A stretch of 64,000 bases of DNA, from the NCBI GenBank assembly GCA_009103225.1, contig RHPI01000193.1, positions 363,531-427,530 of the forward strand. The letters run 5' to 3'. Both the position numbers and the translations under genes were made by a program. Shown here one piece after another: positions 14,507-25,800 of the stretch. The DNA comes from Chlorokybus atmophyticus. Its lineage: Eukaryota; Plantae; Mesostigma and Chlorokybus algae. Position 1 is the stretch's first letter. Each line of letters begins with the position of its first letter. Under the pieces are notes generated by a model. That model had not been told where the DNA came from. It did no database searches and saw only the letters and a program-made list of their open reading frames with translations.

Positions 14507-15042
14507 TGCCGCCGCCACAGTTTGTCTCAGTGCACATTGTAGGGTTTGGTGATGGACTGTAGTCGTGTTACAACCACTACAGTCCATTGAGCACCAATGC
14601 CTGAGGTTCAATGCGCTACACGGTGGAGCTTAACCGCTTATTGACCGTGTAAGGACCGTATACTCGGGCAATTGTTATCAAATTTAACCGTCAAGGCGGC
14701 ACTTGACTTGACCGTGAACGCGTGAAGCGGCCCGTGACAACCAGCGCGGTTGCCTAACTGTGGTCTAGTCGCGGTCAACGTGTGTCTAAGATGGTTAAGT
14801 TGACCTATTCAGGGCGAACTTTTGGGTTTTTTTCTAGACTGAGCTTATTTGGCTAGACTCAACTGCTGGCTTCTTTATGGAAGAGGCTGCTAACCGCTGT
14901 AGGGACAGCTGCCAGCTGGCGTGAACTGTCCAGGCGGCGGAGGCGGCGGCGGAGGCGTGATCGGGCTAGGCGTGGGGAGGCAGCTTATTGTGTAGCTTAT
15001 ACAGCTTGTGTTTGAGGTTGTGGTTTAGAGCGACTGACCTCC

Positions 15043-18000
15043 ATGGCGGGGGATCCCATGGACAGGGACTCCGTGTTCAGGAAGCTGCGAGGCAAATCGG
15101 AGAACAAGGTGAGTTTGACAGCTGGCCTGATCGATGAAAGCAGCCATCGTAGTGTTTCTTAATCACGCCATCGTCTGGTTGACATATACTCGTGTCATCG
15201 ATTGCCATACATGTACACATTGGATGGATTTGTGAGGTGGCCAAACGCCGCAACTGTAAGCAGTTGTGCTGCCTGTGTGCACAGTGCTGGTGGCAATGCT
15301 GATTACTGTTGCACGCGAATGCCAGTACAACAGCTCAGTCAAGTCTATGCAGTGTGACTTCCGCTTTGAACTGGTTAGCATGGTTGGATCCGCTGTTGCA
15401 TTCTTGTGCTCTGCTTGTGCTCTGCTGAACAGCTTTTAGTGGAAGGATTTTGCCAAGATTGTGGCTGCCGCGTTTGGACCGACTCAATCGTTAGTCTTTA
15501 ACAATGGTCTTCTCACTTGTTGCCTGTTGCACTCATGCAGCACACTCTGCTGTTATCATGTGGCAAGTAAGGTTTACTCCCCCAACGAAGGTGAGGGGGA
15601 TGGAGTTGATAGCAGTGAAATGACATGCGGTGCAATCACTTCTTTGTTAACTTGTGCAGTCAGCATGCCATATCAAAATCTTGCCCACTGCTAAGCCATA
15701 TTGTTGCCGTCGGCAAAACTGAAGTCTCATTTCACAGCTGTTGTCTTTGATCTTCCTATTTGGATCATCTTTGTCAGACCTGTTGATACCTACCTAAGTT
15801 TTTATAAACAAGTACTTTAGCACAGGTTGCAAGCATTAGCCAGCCATGCCAACCATTAGCCGTAGCTTGTTTGTACACTCATCCAACCAGCGTTGCTGTC
15901 CCTTCTGTAGCATGTGACTGGCAGTTACACTGTAGTTCGTTGTAAGCAGCCAAGCCTGCGAGTTTGTCGGTGCAAGCTCTGACTTGTAGTTGGTCTCAAT
16001 GACAGGTTTGTTTTGACTGCAATGCCAAGAATCCAACTTGGGCCAGTGTCACATATGGCGTGTTTGTGTGCCTCGACTGCTCGGCTCTGCATCGCTCCAT
16101 GGGCACCCACATAAGCTTTATTAGGTTGGTGCACAAAACTTTGCTGAATGCTTGTACCAATTACCGCATAGCGGTTAAGCTGTAAGCTGTGACCCACATT
16201 TTGGAACAGGTCAACTACATTGGATGGTTGGCAACCAGAGCAGCTGCGCATGATGTTGGTGGGCGGCAACGGGCGAGCGCATGCCTTCTTTAAGCAGCAC
16301 GGGTGGAGGTGACAATCCTCTCATCCTTGTTGATTTTTCTGTTTTCCCAAAGCAAGCCATCATGATAGCGCGATGATCGCAGTATATAAGACATTGCGTG
16401 CATTGATGCTCTCGCCGTGTTGCTGATATGTTTGTTGACGCACTCACAGCAGCGAAGGTGGGAAGGTTGAGGCAAAGTACACCTCAAGAGCAGCGGAGGT
16501 ATATCGGCAGCAACTGGCAAGGGATGCGGCCAAGTTGGCAATGGAGCAGATGTCGCTGAGCAGCAATGATACTGCTGCTGAGGCCCAGCCATCAACAACA
16601 ACAGCAGCAACTCTAGAGCCTGCGGTTGCATCTGTGCCTGCTCCCGCGCCAGCCACCAATGGTGCAGCCAAAGCCGCATCTGACTCCGCTCCTGATTCGA
16701 GCTCAGACAGTGCCAAACTTTCCACTGCTGCGGCTTCAGTGGCTCGCAAGCCTGTTCTTGGCGCTGTGCGCAAGCCTGCGACAGGCAAATTGGGTGGGCT
16801 GGGCGTCAAGAAGCTCGCAGCAAAGGTATCGCGCAGATGCGCAGATCAAATGGTAGTAGTTGCGCTTGAGCAAAGAGTGCAGCTGTCCTGTTTGCATCAT
16901 GCTTGACTAGCGCGTTCTGTGTGACATCATGTTGCATGAGCACCTGCACATCCGTGTTTGGGGATGCACGTATACGCACAAGGGTTAACGTGTGGTTGTG
17001 TCATAAGCGTATGTGCTTGCATGCATACGTTGTGGCCATTGCTGCTATGGTTGTTGTGTGTTGCTTTTTTATCTTTTTGCTGACTTTTGATAGGACCACA
17101 CTATTATGCATACCAATGTTTCTGGTCTTGTCAGGTGGACGATAGCTTTTTTGAGCAAAAGCCCGCTGAGGTTGTCGTGCCCTCTGCTCTTGCTGCTGCC
17201 AGCACAGCCGATGGCGGTTTGTCAACGGCCGCGTCAGCGCCGATGGGCTCTCGGTTCAGCTACGACGCGCTGGGAGCGGCGCCCGGCCCAAAGGCCGAGA
17301 AGACCGCCAGTGGTCACGTAGCTGCCCCCAGCGATGACGAGTTCTTCTCGTCATTTGGAAGCCGCAGCTCCAGCTCCAATGCACCCAAACCCGCAGCCAA
17401 GGTGAGGGCCTATGCTGAGGCTTGTGACATGTCCACTGCCGGGGCTTTGTGCATATCTCACAACGAATTCGTGCATGGATCGACATGTGCATGTGCATTG
17501 CCACCCTGTATGACAATTGCTGCATTCACATGCACTCTGCCTGATGTGGTAACATGCGGCCGTTGCGTGTTTACAGGCTGTTTCTGATATTGAGAAGAAG
17601 TTTGCCGGCGCCAAGTCCATAAGCAGCCAGCAGGTGTTTGCGCAGGAGAATGCCAATGACAACAGCCATGAAAAGAACATGCGATTGGCGCGCTTTACGG
17701 TCAGACCACACACTTGAATCTCGTATATCAATGCCATTGCGCTACATGGATGAATGCCCTGACTTGGCCTATCGCAGAGCTCGTCATCAATATCCAGTGC
17801 GGACTACTTTGGAGAGGACGGCGGTGGGCCGCAAAGGTCCAACAGCGGATTTGACTTGGATCTGGTACAAAACTGCAAATGCAGACGCTGTGTGACTCCC
17901 ATTCAGAATCCATGCTCATACGATGTATTTTCATTCACACCTTAGCTGCCTTCCTGTTTGTGTGCAAACAGAACGTTTTCATCGTTTCCCACGCTGCGCC

Positions 18001-18149
18001 GGCAGCCTCGCTCAACAGCTTTTCTTTGCGTATCAAAGCAGGGCATGCAGGACATTCAAGCGCTGAAGCAGGTGGCCGGCGCTGCGGGGCGCAAGTTCCA
18101 GGCTATGGCGACCAACTTTTTGCAAGACTTGCAAGAGCGCTACCGCTGA
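15043..18149 (+). CDS. AGD8: ADP-ribosylation factor GTPase-activating protein, AGD8/9/10 (ArfGAP2/3, Glo3) type
   Basis: [79 protein letters not shown] is the ArfGAP zinc finger. [31 protein letters not shown] and AISSADYF are Glo3-type motifs. Stop is TGA at 18147-18149. Confidence 0.93.
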
Positions 18150-18594
18150 CAGGCGAACCAGCAACAAGCGAGATCAATTATAGAAGGATGCTTGCAGGGA
18201 CAACTGGTAGATCATCCGGAGGGCTGTTGTTGTGTGGCAATGCTGCGCAGCGTGCAGTCTTGGGAAAAGGACAGAGGGTGGGAGAGTGACGATGGTTGTG
18301 CTCATTGTGTCTCTTGCGTGGGTCCGCTAAGGGTTGCCCGCCTCCCTCTGGGTTAGTATGTAGAGCGTATACTCTACAGATGTGTAAGTAGCATTTCCTA
18401 GCGGGGACGCATGTCATGCGGTTTGTTAGTTGAGGATGTGAATATCATTCCCTGGCTGCTATATTGTCATGCTGTGTTGCCGTGCACTGGAGTGCATTGT
18501 GCACACATAATGTAGCGAGCACCTGTGATGGCATGCGTGTGTGCTCTGGGCATACGCATATAATGCGCGCATCTCATACACGTTGCTGCATATG

Positions 18595-18918
18595 TTAGGA
18601 GCCCGGTCCAGCCCTTGCACCTGTTCTGCTTGGTTGCTGGTTGATGGTCATCTTCATGTATGGTTGCCACCTACTTCTCTGTTGCAAATGCTCTCCTCTA
18701 TGTATATTCGTTTGCATACACGGCAAACAATGTCTGCAATCAATGTCTATGCCCAGCCGAGGACCTGATTGCTCATCCAATCAGTGTGGTGGCGGCGCTT
18801 GCTTGTGCATGTGGGTACGCGAGTGCAGATGTGCGGGTGTCCAGAAATCTCCAGGGCGTTAGTGTGTTAGTATGATCGCTGCCAGATGGTAATGTCTATG
18901 GAAGCTTTCATCCCAAGT
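18595..18918 (-). repeat. Dispersed ~330 bp repeat, copy 2 (homolog of 3215-3553)
   Basis: Reverse complement aligns co-linearly with 3215-3553, with small indels. Confidence 0.85.
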
Positions 18919-19030
18919 AATAATCGCACCGAGTGATGTGGCCGCATCCATGTCCGGATGGCACATGGCATGCGCACTATGATGCCTGTAACAAAACCAT
19001 TATCAACCTTTGGCTAGCCCTACTCGCACT

Positions 19031-21458
19031 TCAACGAGGGACTACCTCCACCCTCAATACGTGCAATTGTAACCTCCTATTCACGACCACTTTCTCATCT
19101 ACAGTACTTTCACTCTCATCATCTGCATCTCTCGTATCCGCTGACTGTGATGCAGCTATTATGGCTGCATCTTCAGGAGGCATTGCGCATGGCCAAACAA
19201 CAGCGACTTCTACGCCATTGCCTGCTGTAGTACGATCCTCTCCCTCGCCCTGAGCAACATCCTCTAGTGCGGTATCCAACCCTGGGAAGGTCGCCTTGCG
19301 ATCCTTCATTATCGCCAAATATAACAGTGATGCTATGTAGCATGCCACTAACATGGCCTCTGCACGCCAACAAACAGAGTTGGTGAGTTAAACCAACAGC
19401 TATGCTGTGAGGTTTCACACCTGGCATAGTGTTTAGGTCCCATGATGGGGCCTATACCTACATTGCACAAGCATAGCGACCTAACTTGTAGCAAAACCTT
19501 TCTCACCTATGACAGTGATGAACTCCTTTGCAACTCTGGACATGCTGTGCGAGTGGCGAACGTCCACAAGGAAGCTTCTAAGCAGCATTGAGTTGGCGCA
19601 AAAAGTAGCAGCTGCAACCATAAGGTCAGAAGTTTAACAAACTACCAGGTGCTCAACAGAGTGTGCTACATGTCGCATCAGCAACAGACAACATGCAGAT
19701 GCGCTCACCTGTAAGGCAAAAAGCAAAGATGGTGAGGGCTTTCTTCTTCTTGAGCGGACCCATGTTGGCTTCGCTACTGACAACCTTCACCAGCGGAAGC
19801 AGAGCAAAAGGCAGCTGGAAGGAAAGAATAACCTGCGCACACACACATGTCAGCCACAACAACCAGGAATGAGCCATGAGTAACTGTGATGCAACCTCGT
19901 ATTGAAGTCTGCACTCACTGATGCAATGATGATGGGGTTGCCAGCACCGTTACTGCCAGCTGCGAACGCAACCGCCAATGACGGCATGATCGCCACGCAG
20001 CGCGTGAACAAGTTGCGAATCCATGGCAACTATTGGATGTTTAGAAAACCCTGCATACATATAGTAGTCGTAAGTAAGTGCTTGTTGCAAACAACACAAC
20101 ACACTTCTTTGAGCGTGCAGTGTGTAGGCCACCGGCTGGTTGTGAAGCCTTGAGCTGCGTGAACAATAAATGTACATGTTGGACATACTCAGACACGCTT
20201 ACTGACATCACGTGCTGGCCTGCGCACGTCCCAGTCACAGATGAAGACTGCCCTGAAGCCAGCAGCGCGACGCTGTACAGCTTTTGGCTCGCAGCTCCGA
20301 GTGTCGCCTGCAAGAGTGTGTTGTTGTGGTCACCAACTTGTGGATGCCAAAGCAGGAGCTAAGGCAGTAGTCATGTGAGTTGGAGAACAGGTTCAGCACT
20401 TACGCCGAGGAGGAAGAAGGCGTTGTTCAGAGACAAGTCTGCGCAGCGCTCGCAGTCTTCAGCGGCCAAGTCTGCGGAAAGCCTGTAAAGAGAGGCATTC
20501 TCAGGCTCAGAGGTGTTCATCATAGCCCGCAAGCACAAAGGCTATGTCGCTTGTGCATAAGCTGATTGTACTAGAAAAGGTGCGCTGCCTACTGTGGGCA
20601 GCACAGAGTCAACTGACATGCAGGAAAAGCCGCCTACCTGGGCGGGTGCAAACAGTGGCAGCCACAACTGTAACCGACATGTTGATGACGCACGCAAGGC
20701 ACAGCGCTGCCATCCTCTTAAGCCTGAAGTACCTTTCTGCAGCCTGGTCAAAGTGGACGCATGTGCTTTTCGTAGCCGAGACACATGCACGCACACATGT
20801 GCACGCACACATACACAGGTGTGTGCACAGGCTCACACACCACTGCACACATGATTGCTTAAGCGCGACTGTGCTTGCAGCATGCATTGCATGCACACAA
20901 TAGAGCGCGCGCACCTACATGCCACACGCAAACAAGCACACGCACACCTTCAACTCATCCAATTTGCGCCCAGCGCGTCTGCTAAGCACGAGTGCAGAGT
21001 GCAAGTACAGGTTGTGAGGCATGGCGACGGCGCCAACAAGGGAAACGGCGACGAGGATGGCCTCGCTGCCGGGAAGGCGAGGGCGCACTAAGCCCATAGC
21101 AGCCTCTCCCCATTACGGGTTGACGAACCTGGCATAAGAGACTGTTGGTTGTGTTACCATGGAAGCGTCACAAGGCAACACATAGAGAATGAGCGATGAC
21201 AATCCAAGTGTACCCAAGCTCAATGACAAAGTAAGAGGCCATAAATAAAACAAAGGATCCAATGATGAACCCCAACTTGCGTATCTGCATAGCAGAATGG
21301 ACTATGAAGTTGGGTTGGTCTACCACCATCACAACAGCAGCAACAAACCCTAAAATGTTGGATGCAGAGGATGGAAAGCGTGTCGAACCCGGTGATAATC
21401 ACACCCGCCCACACGGTCATGCCGAAGAGCAGGTGCAGAGTAAAGGCTGTGCCGTCGA
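19031..21458 (-). pseudogene. NRAMP1: NRAMP1-type divalent metal transporter, probably pseudogenised
   Basis: Spliced exons give [82 protein letters not shown] and VILSFQLPFALLPL. In-frame TAA at 21113-21115 and TAG at 20030-20032. No DPGN/TM1-3 exon could be recognised upstream. Confidence 0.8.
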
Positions 21459-22190
21459 CTGGGTACTACAAAAAGGCAACATGCAATTAGCATGACCATG
21501 CAACAAGATTATGTGAGGGAAAGCAACTTCATTGTCATTTGTATAATATTGGATACAACAAAACACAATTGGTATCATACCAATGATTGACCATGTTGTG
21601 AGACAACGAAGTGTCACCTGCTTGATGCGCTCAGCGGAGGCTCCAGCTCGCCGTCAACCCATGGCCAAATGAGACGCAATAAAGCCTCCAGTGGCGCAAA
21701 TCAAAGCATACAATCATAACACGCGCATGCGAGCACACACACACACACACGTACGCTTTTGCGCGCACACACACGCGCACACACGCTCACCTTTGCCGCC
21801 CTCAAGGTCACTTTTATTTAACCCAGCACTTGATAGAAGCATCTCCGTTGGCAGTTTCTCTACATATAATTGCATCATTTTTCTCGCCACCCATTTACCA
21901 CGGCGTGCAATAGCTGCAGTGTTCACTCCTTTGGCATCGGCCGCTTGTGAACCGCTCACACGATCAGCATAACACTTCCTTCGCATGCAGAGACCCGCTG
22001 CTTTCAAGCCTTCTTAATATGCCCATATTGTGTGCTGTAAATTGGGCGGACCAGACGCTGCTTGACTGCTCCGCGCAATGCGTGCGACAGAAAACGATTG
22101 TACTACTCTTGTCGGGTGTTGAAGCATGGAGGATTATCATCGCATAGGTGGAATAGTCCAACAATGTCAGAGCCGTCCCCACGACAGCAC

Positions 22191-22535
22191 AAACTTGAAC
22201 GTTCTCGTGCCGCGATGCGCCAATGTTGGTCTTGTGCCCGTTGTGGTTGGTCTTTTCGCCATTGCTGTGAATCATTATGACGGGCGCTCCGCCGTTGCTG
22301 GCAAGACCAATCTCTTTAACGCAATCCAGCAATCCGCAAAACCTGAAAAACCTGAACTGAACAAAACCTGAACTGAACAAAACTTGAATGTTCTTGTGCC
22401 GCGATGCGCCAATGTTGGTCTCATGCCCGTTGTGGTTGGTCTTTCCGCCATTGCTGTGAATTATCATGACGGGCGCTCCGCCGTTGCTGGCAGGACCAAT
22501 CTCTTAAATGCAATCCAGCAGTCCGCAAAACCTGT
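22191..22535. repeat. Tandem duplication of a ~155 bp unit (22191-22346 and 22380-22535) upstream of NRAMP
   Basis: Two near-identical copies of aaacttgaa.gttct.gtgccgcgatgcgccaatgttggtc...gcaatccagca.tccgcaaaacctg. Confidence 0.9.
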
Positions 22536-22547
22536 ACACATGCACAC

Positions 22548-22880
22548 GGATTTTTTTCCACGGACCTGCCCTGGTCCGCACGTACGGACCAGGGCCAAAC
22601 GCCAGGGCGGCTTGGGCCCGGACCAGGGTCGCCCGCCTTGGTCTGCGCGCGCGCGGGGACCAAGCCTGGTCCAAATGCGGGTTTGTCAAGCTTGGTCCCC
22701 GGACCCGGACCAGGGCTGGTCACGGTCATAGGCCGATTCTCATCGGATCAATGATGGTTCTTTATAGTAAATTAAGGGACCAGTACTGGTCGGATTCCGG
22801 TTTTTCAAGTCGGATTGCCTGTGAGTGGAGCCATGGTCCGTACCCACGGACCATGGCTGATGCGCGTCGGTAAACCAGTG
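22548..22880. mobile_element. MITE-like or transposon-end remnant rich in GGTCC/GGACC hairpins
   Basis: Starts CACACGG and ends CCAGTGTG (imperfect inverted ends). Internal stems include ctggtccg..cggaccag, ccatggtccgt..acggaccatgg and gaccagtactggtc. Confidence 0.4.
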
Positions 22881-25800
22881 TGACGTTTTTTGACCGGCCG
22901 GCTGCAGCCGGAGCTTCGCAAGAAGCTGACCGGCAGCGGTTAAATGCTGTTGTTAGACGTGCTTTGGCGGCTAACTGCGATCAGCTGCAGCAATAAAGCC
23001 GCAGCTGACCGCAGTTGGGCCGCTGCTGGTGGCCTGGCGGGCGGCCTGGTGCTTTACACCAAGAGCACCAGGCCACGCCGCTGGCCTGGTCATGCTGGCC
23101 TGGTGGCAACCATGCTAGCGTGACCAAGGCAAGGAGTTCACAATCGCTATAGCTACGCCGCCGCCCACGTCGCCGCCGTTGATACGACTCAACCACAATG
23201 ACCACAAGCCATGATGATGGCCTGGTGACATGCACCATGCAATTACAGATGCATGTGTACAAGCCATTCATAGCGCTTAGTGACACATCTCAATCACAAC
23301 GCCAAGTGGTCTACTGCAAGTATATTGCGCCACACCACCACCAACAACAACAACAACACATACGTTGCACGCTTTTGTCTTTGAGCCCACGGTAGGAGGC
23401 CCTTCATTAAGGGTTTTTCGCAAGCTAGGCACCTGCATGCAACCTTGTTCGCACAAGCAAACATGCATGCGCATACTTGCACTTATAACACACCAGCACT
23501 TTCAAGCCCATGCTCCTTCCACCATGGGTTGCTGCTCAAGACCTAGTTGAACTGCCTTTGCAGCGTTGTTGAGTAAATGGTAGCTCAAGCGGTTCCTATT
23601 GTGCATGCAAAACTTCTTGAACTATCCTCGGTAATGCGGGATGTATCAGCTCTGGCGCGAGGTTCCCCTCCAGCCCATGCCCTGCAGTACGCATAAAACC
23701 GCTTCAAGCCGCTCTTGTATTGCTTTTAAGTCGCCTCGCACCTGAGATTCTTAAAAAACCTGTTGTGTGCAATCGAGTGTCAATACCACGTTGTCACATC
23801 AACAACAATCATCTGTCTCGCTTACGCACGCACGCATGCAGGCACACACACAACAGCGGCCCTCCCTCCCTCCCTCTCCCACTCAAACACACAAGCACAC
23901 ACACACACACACACACACACCGCAGCTGCACTCAGTCTCCCTCCCTTCCTCTCCCACTCAAACACACAAGCACACTCATTGCAGCTGCACTCCCTTTTCC
24001 TCCCTCCCTCTCCCCCCACCCCCACCACCACCGAACCTTACCTGAGCTACTGCCTCTCTATCTGCATTGTTAACAACCAGGTTGCCATCCTCTTCCCAAC
24101 CGCCATCTACACTTCACACGTTTGCCTGCCCTCTATTATAATCTTCTTCCGCGGGTTGTTCATCTTCTTGTAATGCAGGGTGCTTTTGCTTCTTGCTAAC
24201 CGTATCTGCAGTCCGATGGCAACGTATTAAGCTTAAGAATATGAGATTACATGTGCATACGAATCAAGCATGTGTTTAGTTCGCACATTCTCCGTCAATA
24301 GTGCACTATGCCGTGCACGTGTGGTGCAAAATGTGGTGAGGTTTGATTGCTGAAATGCAAACACGTGTATAAAGTACAGTATAATGCCATGCCATAAATG
24401 TATTGCAGTAGCTTGTTAAACTTAATAACATGTCACCGAACACTGCATATGGATAAATGGCAGCATGTATTTTCTATATAGCTTACATAGCTTATCGCCT
24501 GGCACAAACCTGTGCAGTTCTGCCAGCATGGAGGGCGAGGCAAACACCACCAACAACAACAACTTGTTCGGAACAACAATTGGTGACAGACTTTGTCAAA
24601 GAGCAAGTTCCTCCAGACACCCCCACGTGCGCCGCCACTACCGCCGCCCACTAGGCCCATCAGGCCGACTCGGAGGTTAATCAACCAAGATCACGTGCGA
24701 TGGCCCGATTGAGGTGAGCTGCCGGCCAATTGGTCAACCGGTCAAGCCGGTTACGTGTTACACCGACTGCCGGGTTTGAAGCGTAACACGCGCGTTACCT
24801 TATAACTTCAGCAGTTTTGGGCGGGAGGTCGGGTGGTCGACACCCCGCATGTCAATCAGGGACACACATCATCACCTAACCCGTCACTCACCCTTCCCTT
24901 TTCCTTATGCCCAGAGGGTTTATTGTCTCGTTTCTAATGACAATGAGAAGCTTTGCACTTGTCGCCCCGGCCTGTTTATTTGAAGCAAGAATACGCGAAC
25001 GCAAGACACCGAGGCCGCGTCCATTGTCACGAAGACGGTTGTTCAAAAACATGGCTCCCTTAGACAAATGAGCGAGTTTGCGGCAGCGGTCTTGGCTAAC
25101 TTCGGAAGCTTCAAGCAGGGGCTGAGCTGGGCTTTATTTGCACAGCAGTAAACAACATTACTAGTGGTGCGGCTGTTTAATCGGGCCAGCCGGCCGGCCG
25201 GCATTCAAGGTCACCTACATCACACATCCCGCGCAAAGGCCATCACACATGCACGGCACCCGCGACTGCCGAGCTGCGCGGCAGTATGCGCGGCCCTGTA
25301 GCTCAGCAATGTAAACGACAACCACAAACAGTGCTTGCATCTACTTGCAATCAGCTGCAGTTGACCACCGTCAAGAACAACAACACCCACAATGCTTGCG
25401 CGTGTTTATAAATCGCTGCATGTGAATGCGTGTGTTGCATGCGTGTGTGTGCATGCGTGTGTGTATGAGGTTGCTGCTGACAAGTGGGTGTTGTGCGCAT
25501 GTATGCATGTATGCAAGGTTGTTATAGTTAAGCACGTATGCACATGTAGCAAGTACCTGCACTGCCTCGTCAATAAGGAGAAATAGCTTGAGCGTTAGCC
25601 ATGTGGCATACTTGCCACAATAGACCTTGTTCGCCTCACGTGTTGCATGCCACGATTTCATGTCCTTTTGCCACTTCTTCAACTCATTATTGTATTTGAG
25701 ATTCGCGGCGGCACAGTAGGTGTGGACAGCGGCAGCTTTTGAGGACGCCCCACACGTCTTTTCGCCGTCGCCGTCGCTGCCTCGCGTGCAGCTCGCTTTT

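Noticed and set aside
13881-14537. ORFs containing CSAVQ repeats
   Set aside because: They are translations of the intronic (GCACT)n microsatellite.
20030-21115. TAA/TAG reassignment to Gln (as in some ulvophytes) to explain the two NRAMP stops
   Set aside because: The many Gln codons read in the intact genes are CAA/CAG, with no in-frame TAR. LPA3 and KOB1 appear to end in TAA. NRAMP also shows other decay. A genome-wide codon alignment would settle it.
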